From assembly GCF_009914755.1 (NCBI RefSeq), contig NC_060936.1: a stretch of DNA of 64,000 bases. One strand, written 5' to 3'. The stretch is from the human T2T-CHM13v2.0 reference genome, Homo sapiens. This document shows, piece after piece, positions 1 through 15,223 of the stretch. The position numbers and the translations under genes are program-made. The notes under the pieces were generated by a model, which ran no database searches, was not told the origin of the DNA, and saw nothing but the letters and a program-made list of their open reading frames with translations. Position 1 is the stretch's first letter. Every line of letters starts with the position of its first letter.

Positions 1-158
1 CAAGGCTACACCATGAGTCACCAGCACTACAGCTTAACTGTGCACATATGCAAACCTGTATGACCACCTCACCATGCTTACCTGTACCCCCCAACCTCCC
101 AGCACATCACCCATGCTAAGGGCCCCCAGACCTCCCATCCCACCTTCCCCCATGCTAC

Positions 159-217
159 CTGTTCTTGTATAACTCCAGCCTGAGGGCGTCTCTCTCTTTG
201 GTTAACTCCTTGTTGTA
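159..217 (-). pseudogene. GOLGA2P5: GOLGA2-like exon relic YNKELTKERDALRLELYKN
   Basis: Translation matches the recalled GOLGA2 segment. The acceptor reads CCG instead of CAG; the donor is GTAGCA. Confidence 0.85.
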
Positions 218-382
218 CGGCAAATACAGACCAAGGTTAAGTCAGGATATAGCAGGCAGAGGAGCAGTTGGCCGACCGGTAACAATAGCTACAGTAACTA
301 TTCCACAGTAATACTTCCTCACTCTGAATCACACTTGACATTTTTTCAAGGCATTTCCAAGCCCATGGTCTCATTTGTTTTT

Positions 383-691
383 TTTTTTGTTGTTGTTTGT
401 TTGTTTGTTTTGAGATGGAGTCCAGCTCCGTCACCTAGGTGGAAATGCAGTGTCATGATCTCAGCTCACTGCAACCTCGGCCTCCCAGGTTCAAGCGATT
501 CTCCTGCCTCAGCCTCCTGAGTAGCTGGAATTTACAGGTGCCCACCACCACACCCAGCTAATTTTTGTATTTTTAGTAGAGATAGGGTTTCACTGTGTTG
601 GCCAGGCTAGTCTCAAACTCCTGACCTCATGATTCGCCCGCCTAGGCCTCCCAAAGTGCGGGATTCCAAGTATGAGCCACCGCGCCCAGTC
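383..691 (-). mobile_element. Alu (AluS-like)
   Basis: Alu consensus with a poly-T start; TSD gtctcatttgttttt at ~368 and ~693. Confidence 0.92.
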
Positions 692-1175
692 AGTCTCATT
701 TGTTTTTAAAAGAACTTAGTAAGCGTGAAGGGACAGGGAAAGAGATTGAATTTACAGCTGGCTAACAGAGGCCCAGAGGGATTACGTAATATTGCTATTG
801 TTTTACCGTTATTACTACCACGGTTTGAACCTTTATTGAGTGCTTCACCAGCCACCATGCTAACAATCCCATTTAATCCTCACAACCACCATGTGAGACA
901 ACTACTATTATTACCTCTATTGTGTCAACAAAAAACATGGGGCATTAGAGGTTAAGTGCTTGCCTAAGATCACTCAGACAGAGCTGGGATTTGAAACCCC
1001 AGGTATATCTGATTCTCCAAGCCCATTTGTTCACTGGGGGTGGGGGCACAGACAGGAATGGGGAAATCAATTTCTTGTTCACTTTTTGAAAGGATGATGC
1101 ATTCACATAGTCCAAAGCTCAGAAGGTACAGAAGGGAAATATCGCCCAGCCACCCTGTTCCTCTCTCCTGAGTTT

Positions 1176-1364
1176 TTTGTGTTTTATTTATTTATTATTT
1201 TACTTTAAGTTCTGGGATACATGTGCTGAATGTGCAGGTTTGTTACATAGGTATACATGTGCCATGGTGGTTTGCTGCACCTATCAACCCGTCATCTAGG
1301 TTTTATGCCCCGCATGCATTAGGTATTTGTCCTAATGCTCTCCCGCCCCTTTCCCACTAACACC
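1176..1364 (-). mobile_element. 5'-truncated L1PA 3' end
   Basis: L1PA 3' UTR motif tactttaagttctgggatacatgtg...gtatacatgtgccatggtgg; TSD ctcctgagttt at 1165-1175 and 1365-1375. Confidence 0.88.
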
Positions 1365-1799
1365 CTCCTGAGTTTATGAATCCTTGCAGATATGTTTTAT
1401 GTATATGATCATAGTATGTATGTAGACACACACACACACACACACGTTCCCTCTCTCTACACAAATGGTAACATACTAAAGATACTCTTCTGTACCTTCA
1501 CAGTACAAGTACCATATTCCCCACTTAGCACTTGGCAAAGGCCAAAGCCAGTTAAGGGCAGGGTGAGCACTTGGCCTCCAAGCTCTATGTCCAGTGCTCG
1601 CTCCCCACAGGGCCCCTAACTCACCCACAGAAGCGGACTCAGCCCCAGGCTACGTCTAACAACCACACACAAAAGCAGCAAGAAATGGCCCATGCTGCCT
1701 TCTGGGCAGGACATTCCATCCTGCAGAAGGAACCTTTAGGCTCACTCCGCCACCTGGGAAGCCAGGCTGCCAGGGGATGGGGCAGGCGGTTGGACTCAC

Positions 1800-1902
1800 C
1801 CTGTCTGCTTTCTTCTGCTGTGTGGAGACAGCAGAGAGCCTGCTCCAACTCTCCCACACACTGCCTGGAATACTAAAGGCGGCTGGCCAGATCCTCAGAC
1901 TC
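1800..1902 (-). pseudogene. GOLGA2P5: GOLGA2-like exon relic ESEDLASRL*YSRQCVGELEQAL/AVSTQQKKADR
   Basis: CAG acceptor and GTGAGT donor. In-frame TAG at 1873-1875, plus a 2-nt frameshift relative to recalled GOLGA2. Confidence 0.88.
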
Positions 1903-1998
1903 CTGGAATGAGAGAGGTTCAGATGGGGCCCAAAGGACTCCCCCTAATGGCCTGTCAAAGTGCCAAGTTGAAGGATGATGGGGTGCCCAGATTCCGAC

Positions 1999-2087
1999 CT
2001 TCTTTCTGCCTGGCAGCATGCTGAGTGTAAGCCAGGCTGTAACTCAGCTTTCTCTGATACAAGGATTTCTACATTCTGAATGTGAAC
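1999..2087 (-). pseudogene. GOLGA2P5: GOLGA2-like exon relic VHIQNVEILVSEKAELQ/LAYTQHAARQKE
   Basis: AAG acceptor and GTCGGA donor; frameshift after ELQ. Confidence 0.88.
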
Positions 2088-2171
2088 CTTTGGTAGAAAA
2101 GCCAAAAGCTGATAGAGAAGGGAAGAAACATTCTCCAGAGGACAGGAGGGAACTTCACACTCTCTACTCAC

Positions 2172-2222
2172 CTGTAACTGCTCCCTTAGGGCTCCCTGCT
2201 TTTGGTGGCACTCTTTCTTTTC
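2172..2222 (-). pseudogene. GOLGA2P5: GOLGA2-like exon relic EKKECHQKQGALREQLQ
   Basis: 51 nt with TAG acceptor and GTGAGT donor; the peptide matches recalled GOLGA2. Confidence 0.9.
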
Positions 2223-2456
2223 CTATAGGAAGAGGAAGACAGAGCTCTTACTAGGGGGAGGCAGAGATGGTACAGCAAGGGACATGCCCCAGGACAGTTC
2301 CACCCATGGGACCAAGTTATCAGGGACCTTATGGGGATGGGGTGGAATCTGAGGGGTGAGCCTTCTTCCCCAGGCTGGACTAGGTGAGACAAGACTGAGG
2401 TCTCTACATCTGAGTGCCTCCCAAACCCAGCAGTCATGTTGTAAGCAAAGAGTTAC

Positions 2457-2495
2457 TTCTTCCAACTGATCCACCATTTCTTGGTTCTGTTGTTT
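2457..2495 (-). pseudogene. GOLGA2P5: GOLGA2-like exon relic KQQNQEMVDQLEE
   Basis: 39 nt with AAG acceptor and GTAACT donor. Confidence 0.88.
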
Positions 2496-2829
2496 CTTTA
2501 GAGAGAGTTAAAAGAAGGTGACTGAGGATGGCACCCTTGACTCTATTCCCCAGATCAGGAAGGGGTAGGCAGCAGCCAGGAATGGATTTTAAAGGCAAAG
2601 TTCTCAGACTCAGTGGAAACATGAACTGGTAAACTCTCCTCAAGCTCCCAAGGAAAGAGGATTTGGGTCTTTGTTGGTTTTGGCCCACAGCCATAGAACT
2701 GAAAGTCTGAATCTGGAGTCTCTCAAAGGGACAGTAACATAAACCTCTAGAGATGAAGTGTGAGAAAAGCCCACCCTTCTGCCAGCTTGTAATTTAGAAA
2801 GGTGCATTCATTCAACAAACATTTACTGA

Positions 2830-3230
<401 letters not shown>

Positions 3231-4346
3231 TCTAGTGGGCCTTTAAACCTTGGACTCTGAGAGCTAACAGAGACCTTTGATATTCTCTAACTTTACCTCC
3301 TCAGGAAATGCAAGCCCAAGGAGAAGAGGTGGCTTGTTCAGAATCAAAGAACAAATTAGGGACTCAATCAAGGTAAAAATACAGGGCTCCTGACAACTAG
3401 TCAGGCTAGCACTTCCCCAAGAAGCAACAACCCCAGGCACTCAAAGTACCCTAGGTTGAGATGATATTAGGAAGATTCAAACTGTCAAATTCAATTTCCC
3501 AAGATCTGTTCCACAGGAGATAAGCAGATCTTACTCCAGAGACCACTGATTGAAGGGCATTCTGGTCCCAGAACCATGGAGAATTCGAATATGAGGTGGA
3601 AAACTCAAAAAAAAAAAAAAAAAAGCTAAACTCTCTGGAGAGTAGAAGTCTGGGAGAAAAACAAACCAAACCCATTCTCCTATTGCTACCCAGAGACACT
3701 GTCAACGTTTTGAGCTCATGGGGAAAGTGTGGGCTTTTCACATTGTCAATGTCTATGCTAAGGGAGTAAGGCAGCTTGAAACCTTTCGTTCCTAGATCCC
3801 ATAGTCCCCATTCCCCTTCCAGCTGGAAATCTGTGCTGTGACCAGAGGAACCAGAAGCAGGGTGAGAACACTTAGTGGACTGGGTCCTAAGATCAAAGGC
3901 CAGTCTCGTGGCAGTAATGACAGTTCCTAGGGGGACTGTGATGTCACTATATTTTACTCCTCCCTGGGGTGGGGGCTGGCTATCAGCATGAGGCCCGAGT
4001 CACCACTTTGAGATGTGGGAGGTGGGTGCAGGGCCAGGACCCAGGACCTTGGAGATGTCAGCCCAAAGACCCCAGGGAGGTCAGGCTTGGGGCAGCAGAA
4101 GGTGAAGACTGAGTATGGAGCAGGGAGCCCCAGAAGTCACCCACCCAAAGTCACCCTGGTGCGACTGGTGAGGGCAGAGGCTGGGCTGCTGAGGGGGAGG
4201 GGCTGGCTGACAAGATTTTGGTTGGGGGAGCCCAGAGGCACTGGGTGGGGCCCAGCCCAGTGTGCCTCAGGAGTGCCACAGACTCTGGCAGCAGTCCTGC
4301 CATTGGAGGGAGCCTGGGACGGTGGGCCACAACCTGGTGCATTTAC

Positions 4347-4434
4347 CTTTTTCTTGGCCATGGCCAATTTGCTCTGTCAGGTTTCCTCCGATATCACAGG
4401 GCAGGGAGAGGCGGGGATGGGGCCACATCAGCAT
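4347..4434 (-). pseudogene. GOLGA2P5: GOLGA2/GOLGA6-type exon 1 relic (ML)MWPHPRL/..SEET*QSKLAMAKKK
   Basis: ATG at 4428-4426, with an in-frame ATG at 4434-4432. Frameshift, TGA at 4379-4377, and AAG|GTAAAT donor. Confidence 0.88.
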
Positions 4435-4700
4435 GATCCCAGTGACAACTACTAAACACTTCTAGTAGCCTACCACACAGCTGTGTGACTGAGCCAGGGG
4501 AGGTGTAAACAAGGTCGCACTAGAATGCATAATAGGGGTATGGCCTTAATGCTCCAAGCCCATTGGTCTATGAGAAAGCTGAAAGGGAAAGGAGGCATGG
4601 TCAGGCAGCAGCGTGTCCAGAGGGACCTGTGGCCTCACAAGGAAAGCTGCTCATGCAACCGCTGTCTCCGCTCACTCTGGGAGAGAGGCAGGGCCAGCTT
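4435..4700 (-). promoter_or_regulatory. CpG-decayed GOLGA-type promoter relic with CCAAT box
   Basis: Lies immediately upstream of the exon 1 relic; ATTGG at 4562-4566 reads CCAAT on the minus strand. Confidence 0.45.
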
Positions 4701-4855
4701 TCATTTTAGAAACTTTAAAACTTTAAAAAATAAACTTTAAAAATAATATGTCTGTGTACTTTATATATGTGTGTGTCTATATGTGTGTGTATCTATGTGT
4801 TCCTCCGGAGCTGTCTTCATTATCCAGCTTCTGTGCCAGGCCTATGATTTTGGCC

Positions 4856-4919
4856 TTTATTTTTCATCTTCAAATGGAGTAGAAGAATTACCAATATTCC
4901 ATCAATTGAGGTACAAATC
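4856..4919 (-). other. Candidate terminal exon of unknown origin (GFVPQLMEYW*)
   Basis: Strong acceptor TTTTTCCATTTTTACAG|GA at 4920/4919, TAA at 4890-4888, and AATAAA on the minus strand at 4861-4856. Confidence 0.5.
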
Positions 4920-5115
4920 CTGTAAAAATGGAAAAATCCATAGCACGCTTGATGATTAATGAAGCAGACTACGTTATCCAACATTCCAATGAGACAAAAT
5001 AATCATAGTGATTTCTCTTTTTTGGAAAAAGTTTCTCTTATTCTCCTACATTATTGTTAAGATTTTTTTTTACACAAGAAACATGTCTAATATCTTTAAA
5101 AACATAAAGCTTTTG

Positions 5116-5440
<325 letters not shown>

Positions 5441-5845
5441 AAAGCTTTCAATTTAATAAGCATTCAAAGCTCCTTAACAGTTTAAAGCAAATACAGGGCC
5501 CTTCTAAAGTAAGGCTAAATGCTAAGTGATAGGGGAGAGAAAAAGGACATAAATAACTCCTACTCTCATGGGGTTAATCACTAAATTCTATTTTTCTAGA
5601 ATCACCTGGAATCTCTAAACCTTGTAAATGAATCTGAATTTCTCACTCAATAGTTGGCTATGACTTACAATCATGAAAACCAAGAACTGTGTTATGTCAT
5701 TGTGTATTGCTTGTTATGTGAATTCCACACTAGGTTGGTATCAATGGTTGAAGCTTTCATGATTTGATCCATAACCTTTGTGCTTCTTATCCCAAACCAA
5801 ACTAAGCTTTTTTCTAGAGTTCTACAATTTGTAGTTAGTTAGTGT

Positions 5846-6010
5846 ACAAGAGTGGTTCTCAAAAATGTAGTCTCTGGACCAGCAGCAGCTAAGAACTTTT
5901 TACAAATGCAAATTATCAGGCCCCACCCTAGAAGTGATGAATCAGAAACTCTGGAGTAGGGCCCAGCAATCTGTGCTTCAATAAACCCTCCAGGTGTTCA
6001 AGAACCTCTG
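5846..6010. mobile_element. MER5A-like DNA transposon relic
   Basis: agtggttctcaaa...aatgcaaatt..aggccccacc...gaatcagaaactctgg..ggggcccagcaatctgtg motif. Confidence 0.7.
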
Positions 6011-6734
6011 GCATACAGCAGGTAGAAAAATGTGTTTCCTTCTGTAGGTCCAAAGCCAGGGATGCTATATGTTCTGTCTTGATATGAAACAATGACATGC
6101 AATTAAAAGACATAAATCTCCTTCCTACTTCCACCCTCCATCCAATGTGTTTTATTTTTATGAGTTAAATTAGAAAACAAGTGGCAATCAGAGATTTAGT
6201 CTAAAAAGTGTATTTACAGGTAACAGTTCTCATCCAGCCTGATCTCACACAATACCATTTACATCCTCTTACATCTAAAGTTTTAGAAAAGGATCTTCAC
6301 AATGTAAGTCTCAGGCACAGTAGGAGTTCTATAATAAAAGATCAAGTAGATCTGAATGTCCAAACTTATTAGAAAAAAAATGGAATCATTGGTTATATTT
6401 TCAAATTGCATTCAACATGAAATTAAAAGTTTTGAAATTTTTTCACCTTCATAATTCTAAGTTAATAGAATTAAACCAGAATACTCCATTCTTTCAAAGC
6501 CTCTAGCCAGGCAAAATTTTACTCTATTACTTCTTGCTTTCAATGGATACAAAGGAGAGTCCTGGTAGGCACATTTTGTATACCTGCAAAGATGCAGAAC
6601 AGTTTCATCTGTTCGATATTAAAACACAAGCCCTGTAAACCTTAGATGGTGAGTGTAATACTTCAGCACTAGCACCAAAGCCTCAAATGTGAAAAGATAC
6701 CAAGAACACCACTAGCAAACAAAAGTAAACTCTC

Positions 6735-7010
6735 AACCAGGAGCAGTAGTTCACACATGTAATCCCAGCACTTTGGCAAGCCAAGGTGGGAGGATTACTT
6801 GAACTCAGGAGTTCAAGACCAGCCTGGGCAGCATAGCGAATTCATATCTCTACAGAAAATTTTAAAAATTAGCAGAGCGTGGTGGCACACACCTGTAGTC
6901 CTAGCTACTTGGGAGGCTGAGGCGGGAAAATCCCTTGAGCCCAAGAGTTTGAGGCTGCAGTAGCTATGATCATGCCACTGCACTCCAGTCTGGGTGACAG
7001 AACGAGACCT
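6735..7010 (+). mobile_element. AluJ-like
   Basis: Diverged Alu consensus. Confidence 0.85.
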
Positions 7011-7786
7011 AGATAATTACATTCTGTCCTGCTCCTGTTTACACTAAAATCACTAAGTTAAAATGCTTTCATTCAGCAGGATAAAAATTAAGTAAAATGT
7101 GACTTTGGAGTTTGGCTAGCAAAAAGCAAAGAAAAAATACAGCAAAATGACAAATTACTTACTGGGAAAAAGTTTTTGTAACTTCAATGACAGATAAAAG
7201 GTTTGTATCCTTAGCTTATAAAGAAATCTTTAAAGTTACTCAGAAAAAGACAAATGATAAAAAAAGATAAAATATTTTATAATTTTATAAAATTACTCAG
7301 AAAAAAACAAATGATTTCCAACAGAAAGTGGGCAATGGAGAAACCGGCACTTCCTACAAAAATAAAAATGGCCAGTAAGCACGTAAAAAAGATCCAAAAG
7401 CACTAGAAACCAAAGAAATGTAATGAAAACAATATTGTCTGCTTAAAGACCAGCAAAGATGACAGATGGAAGGAGGAAACTGGAGCTCTGTCACTGTTGG
7501 TGGGAGTATAAACTGAACCAATTTTCCTGCAGGATAATTTGAAAATTTCTATTAAAATCCCTAAAACTGTTTTATATTATTTTCCTCCAGAAATTCTACT
7601 TCTATGAAATCAGTCCAAAAATGCTTGCTCGAGTCCATTAAAATGTATATATAAAGTTCATTTTAAAGCACTTATGAATTTCAGTTGGCATAAAGTTGAA
7701 ACAATGACCTTTAGTTTTAAGTTGGTAACAAAAATAAATTCTCTATATATCACTTACTCCTTTCAGAAAAACAACCCAATACATAC

Positions 7787-7816
7787 CTCTGTAGAAAATG
7801 TTTCTTCTGGATTTAC
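7787..7816 (-). other. 30-nt micro-exon relic (G)KSRRNIFYR with dead acceptor
   Basis: GAG|GTATGT donor, symmetric phase 1-1 and open frame; the acceptor position reads GG. Confidence 0.35.
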
Positions 7817-7854
7817 CCAAATAACATAATAAATTCTCATTATTTTATTGCTTT

Positions 7855-8160
7855 TTAAAATTTTTTATTTATTCATTTTTTTGAGACGGAGTCTCGCTCT
7901 GTTGCCCAGGAATGCAGTGGCGCAATCTCGGCTCAATGAAACCTCTGCCTCCCGGGTTCAAGCGATTCTCCTACCTCAGCCTGCTGAGTAGATGGGATTA
8001 CAGGTACGTGCCACCATGCCCAGCTAATTTTTTCTACTTTTAGTAGAGACGGGGTTTCACTGTGTTAGCGAGGATGGTCTTGATCTCCTGACCTCATGAT
8101 CCACCCACCTCAGCCTCCCAAAGTGTTGGGATTACAGGCGTGAGCCACAGCGCCTGGCCT
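7855..8160 (-). mobile_element. Alu (AluSc-like)
   Basis: Alu consensus. Confidence 0.9.
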
Positions 8161-8277
8161 ATTGTTATTTTTTTAAAAAGACTAAAACATGTTATATTAC
8201 AGACACCACTGACTCAGTATGTCAAAAGGCTTAAGACTGAATTAGATCATCTGCTGAACTTTAAACTTAGTACTTAC

Positions 8278-8355
8278 CTCTATTTGTAGATGAAGTTTGA
8301 AGCAACTGTTTGGCTTTGAGGGAAGTATGAGGCAAATTTTTCAGCCTTTGTGAAA
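8278..8355 (-). other. 78-nt exon of unidentified origin (V)SQRLKNLPHTSLKAKQLLQTSSTNR(G)
   Basis: CTTATTTTTCAACAG acceptor, GAG|GTAAGT consensus donor, symmetric phase 1-1, open reading frame. Confidence 0.65.
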
Positions 8356-9399
8356 CTGTTGAAAAATAAGGAATTATAATATTTGCCTGGAAGTACAAGA
8401 TAAAGGCTATGGCTTCTGACACAAACTTGAAAATTTATCAAAGAGTAGAAACCATAAGGTGCAAATATGTTAGAATCCTAGAAGCAAGAGACCCCGTTCT
8501 CCACAAAAAGAAAAAAAAAAGCCAAAAAGAAACAAAAAAGTGATGCTTAGTGCATTAAGTTGGAAAGAAAAGGGGATGGAACATAAACTTTTAAAAATAG
8601 TTTCTTACAGATGAGAAAATCTCCAATGTGTCAACTGGTCAAAATAGCAAAGAGAAAACAAACCACCAGCAAACATGCTACAGATGCAAAGAATACAAAG
8701 ATAAAAGCGATAAACACAGCACACAGTATAGAATAAAGTAAGTGCAGCACTTGTCCAATGCAAAAAAGCAGATTTTGGCAAAACAGTTATTGTTAGATGA
8801 ATTACCCTAATGTGAAACCATAATCTCCAGACTACTTGAAAAGGAGAAGAAAACTCAGAACCAAGCAGGTCCTCAGAAAGTCACAATCTAGTAGCTTCAT
8901 TATGTTCAGTATCATGCAGCGTACAACTAATTTTTTATCTAGGCTGTGCACATATGTATGTAGGTGGAGGGTTGTATGCAATATTGGTGTGGGTTGAGGG
9001 GTCTGGAGGAGTCAGACCATCTGCCTTTTAAAGTTTTCAATGAGGAAAGCTAAGCTTTCTTCCAAACTCCCAATCTATTAACTGCACTGAAACTCAAAAT
9101 TAGCAGGTAAGCAGCAGCCCAGGGCTATCCAGAGATAAAGCGGTTCCAATTTCTCCAATATACAGTTACTATGGCTCTGATGGACTGATGAGTCTCACAC
9201 CTACCAGTGCAGTCATCTATTTAAGTGGCTCTAAAATATTTTAGTTACTCTATTGATTTGAAAGTCAGACTTCCTATACCCCTAGGATTTATGTGCAAAA
9301 AAGAGCTCTCATCACTATAAATCTAGCCAGACTGCATAAACATTATTGGGGTGATAAAGGGATACTTGACATATTATCAGAAAGAATTAAGATTTCTCA

Positions 9400-10272
<873 letters not shown>

Positions 10273-10329
10273 TTAGAGTATTTTTCATCTACATATTTAT
10301 TCATATATGTTTTCAACCATTTATATTTT

Positions 10330-10810
10330 TATTCATCCATTCACTCACTCGTTCCTGTTTTTTTGTTTTTTCATTCACTCAAATAGTTTAGTATCTGCTT
10401 TACTCCAGGTACTGTCTTAGGTATAATGTATTGAGTAGGCAACTAGGTGGATACAGTTCCTACTCTCATGAAACTAATATTCTAGGAAAGGGGAGGAAGA
10501 CAATGAGGCAGTGAAATATAGGGCCTGCCAGATAGTGATAGTTGCTAAGGAGAAAATTAAGTAGAAAAGAGGGACAAGAAGTAGGAGATTTAAGTTGCAA
10601 TTATAACTAGGGCGATCAGAAAATACTTCCCTAAGATGACATTTGCACAAAGATCTGAAGGCAGATAGGAAGTCAGTTATGCAGATATGTGGAGAAAGCA
10701 TTCCAGATGGAAAGAACAGCAATTGTAAAGGTTACTGAGATAGGAGCATGCCTTGTAGGTTTGAAGAACAGAACCTAGGCCGGTTGTTGGAGTAGAATAA
10801 ATGAGGGCAA
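10330..10810. mobile_element. L2 relic
   Basis: ttcattcatccattcactc start and L2 3'-type motifs (gacatttg..aagatctgaagg, gcattccagatgg..gaacagc). Confidence 0.6.
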
Positions 10811-11189
10811 AAGGTAACCAACTGAACATACAGTGGCAGTTCACAATATCTATTAACCATTAAAACAATTTTTAATAAAGATTCAATATCAAATAGTATC
10901 TATAATACATGCTTCTGGAAAGATCCTATTTGAATAAATAGCTACGGTGACTCCAATGGACCCTACCCTACCCTACCCTAATGGACACACCTATTATGTG
11001 TGTCATAATAACAACAGCATCTACAGACAAGCAAAAACTGTGCATTGGGAATCTGAAGAATAAGATTACACACAGAACCAGGTCATAAACTCTAAATGTG
11101 CCTGATACAGAAAGAATGAAATGAATGATTTTCCCAAAATGCCAGTCATATAATATTACTCAAATAACAAAAATCCAATGTTATTCTGA

Positions 11190-11487
<298 letters not shown>

Positions 11488-11788
11488 TGATCATTTATAT
11501 TAACTATACAGTTTTTTAAAATCAATATTTCCATAAAGAGGATCATGACTTCCAAGTGTTTTATTTCCCAAAAAATTTTGAGCCATTGGACTAGACAGTC
11601 ATTTATTTCTTATAACATTTATTAAATAATTTGCCAAGCCTTTATGTTTTAAGTCCCATAAAGGAAACGCAAGCCCCAATTAGGCCTTATGCTTCTAGAA
11701 ATACCTGCTAATAAAGTGCCTCCCACATCACTGGTGGTTAACAGATGGCAGTAGAGAGAATGACAGACAACAGGAAGTGTGTTGATAC

Positions 11789-11952
11789 CTTTGTTTCCTT
11801 CAGGGGTTGGCTCCTTCTTTTCTTCCTGTACTATGGACTCCTCTAGGTCCTTAGGGGTTGGGTCTAAAAATTCCCACTTTTCATTGGCATAAAACACAGA
11901 CCTCCGACTATCATTATGTCCATTCCCAGGATGGAAAGAAGACATCAAATTT
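11789..11952 (-). pseudogene. TBC1D2B-like internal exon NLMSSFHPGNGHNDSRRSVFYANEKWEFLDPTPKDLEESIVQEEKKEPTPEGNK
   Basis: Close match to the recalled TBC1D2B segment NSMSSFRPGRGHNDSRRTVFYTNEEWELLDPTPKDLEESIVQEEKKKLTPEGNK. Intact CCCAATAG acceptor and AAG|GTATCA donor; 164 nt with an open frame. Confidence 0.88.
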
Positions 11953-12741
11953 CTATTGGGAAAAATGATATGTGTTATTAACAAAAACAAAAGTAAAACA
12001 AAACGTAATCTTATGTATATAGGATTGGCAAAAATTAAAATATCTGATAATATCAAATGTTGGTGAGAATATGGAGAAATTGGCATTCTTATACACTGCT
12101 GGTGGGAGTATAAATTGATAATATTACCATGGAGAGTAACTCAGCAAGGTACTGCTAAGTTGGAGAGGCGCCTGCCCCTAACACCCAGTATTTCTTAAAA
12201 TAAATCCTTACATACGTGCACAAGGAGACACAAACAAGAACATTCACTGTAACACTGTTCATATTACAAAAAAAAAAAAAGGTACAACAAGCTAAACATT
12301 CATCAACAGGAGAATAAACTGTGGCATATTCATATAGTCAAGTACTATACAGCACTTAAAATGAACTCATTCATTCAACAAATGTTGATTGAGCCTACCA
12401 CATGCCAGACACTATCTAGATGCTTGGAATATCCTAGTGAACAAAACATAGCAAGATTATTGTTCTTGTGGAATGCACATTTCAGCTAAAGCTATCTGTA
12501 TCATAGGGATAAATATTTTTTAAATGCTGAATGAAAAGTGAAAGAAAATGGAAGAATTATAGGTACAGCATGATACTGTTTTATGTCTTCAGATAATACT
12601 GTTAATAGAGACTATTTATAGATACATACATATGTAGTAAAACTATTTTTTAAAATCCACACATGAATGACAATAATCAAATACAGAATATTGGCTACCT
12701 CTGTAAAGGGAAAGAAGAATAGGATTAATAAGAGAGGATTT

Positions 12742-13124
<383 letters not shown>

Positions 13125-13199
13125 TCATGGCTATCTGAGTAATCAATATACTTGCCCGTGTGCTAAAAATATTTCATTAAAAGTTTTAAAAACTAGGTT

Positions 13200-14510
13200 G
13201 GGATTTCTGTTTCCGGTGAAGACGGAATAACAGGAACTAGATTTACCTTCCGCCGTGAAAACTAAAGAACTGAAAAAAGTATAGAAACTGTGGTTTTCGG
13301 TCATTGGCCATCAGGCAGCAAAGGATAGTGATCCTGAGAGAGAGAAAGCCAATGAGGTAAGACCACCTTACTGTCCGGGGACAGTTTCCAGGCCAGGGTG
13401 CAGGCAAGGGGCACCCAGGAGGAGCCCAGCATCTCTCTGAGCTGAGAAGATAGAGTGGGGAGTCTCAAGGCAGCTGCAGCTGACAGAGCAGAGTAATAAA
13501 GAGAAGGGGGCTGCACAGAGGGAGTGTTGCAGAGATCTTAGACGGTCCCCCTAATCTCCAACTGAGTACTGATCAGGGTTTGCATGTAAGAAAGCTATCT
13601 GAGAACAGAGAAAGAACCCCCTGCGAGAAGCAAAGGAAACAATCCCAGAGCCTCACACAGGACCAGAAATAGTGCCTAGTCTCACCAGACAGAGTGGAAA
13701 ACCTCATAATTCACAGGGCATCCGAAAGAGTACTCAGAAAGGCTACCAACAATATCCCTAAAGCCTACTCTCATCTTACCTAGCAAAGCTTAAAAGCAAA
13801 CTTCAAAAGGATCAAACTGTTTCTGAGTAATTTAATACATCCAAGAACAAAGCTCAAGAATATTTATAGCAACACCAAAAAATCCAGCACACAAAAAGGT
13901 AAAATTCACAATAGCTGATATCCAATTTTAAAAATGACCAGGCATGCAAGAAGTGGGAAGTATAACTCATAATGAGGAAAACAATCAATCAACAGAAACA
14001 GGCCAGAAACAACAAATGATAACATTAGCAGACAGGGACTCTAAAAGTTCTAACTGTATTCTTCATGTTCTCAGAGCTAGAAAAAAAAAATGAACATCTT
14101 AGAGACATGGAAGATATTTTTTTAAAAACAGACTTAAATCAAATTTCCAAAGGTAAAACTACAATGCCTATGATGAAAAATATGCTAAATAGGAATAAGA
14201 GCAGACTAGACATTGTAGAAGGAAAGACCAGTGAATTTGATGACCCTGCAATAGAAATGACCTAAAATGAAACAGAAAAAAAGACAAAAGAAACAAAGGA
14301 AGGAAGGATGGATGGACAAATGAGCCAGTCACTGAAGGAGAGGAGAAAGGGAGGAGATGGAATAAAAGTATATGAAGAAATAATGACCAAAAAATTTTCC
14401 AAATTCGATGAAAACTATAAACTCACAGATCAAAGAAGCTCAACAAACTTCAAGCACAGGAATCATGAAGAAAACTGTATCAAGGCATATGATAACCAAA
14501 TTGCTTAATA
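13200..14510 (+). mobile_element. Old L1 (L1M) 5' region with ORF1 relics
   Basis: ORF fragments KNMLNRNKSRLDIVEGKTSEFDD and YEEIMTKKFSKF resemble L1 ORF1p. Confidence 0.7.
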
Positions 14511-14829
14511 TAAATAATATTTAAAGTTGTAAGTATAACCTTAATTTGCAAAAGAAATAAAGGAATAGTCAAATTTTAAAAGTTAAACTGTCAAAAGATG
14601 AAGAGACATCTTAAATTAATTCATTTGAGCAGTCAGTAAGTGGAGTGGTGAGGAAGAGACATGCTCACATGAACCACCTACTTATATGCACACACACACA
14701 TATGCTTATATCCTCTTACTTCATAGAGCTGTACTTATTGAATACTACTCAGCAATAAAAGGGATGAAATAAGAAAACACCAAACAATATAAATAAGTCT
14801 CCAAAAGGTTCAGTGAAAGAAGACACACA

Positions 14830-15223
<394 letters not shown>

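Noticed and set aside
11781-11788. GTATCA donor as a possible U12-type intron
   Set aside because: It departs from the GTATCCTT consensus after position 5. No ACTR6 donor matches U12 either.
11649-12086. 145-aa ORF as a standalone gene
   Set aside because: Only 11789-11952 is TBC1D2B-like and bounded by splice sites; the flanks are intron and L1-like sequence.
14065-14508. Two Lys/Glu-rich ORFs resembling coiled-coil exons
   Set aside because: They are best explained as decayed L1 ORF1 fragments.
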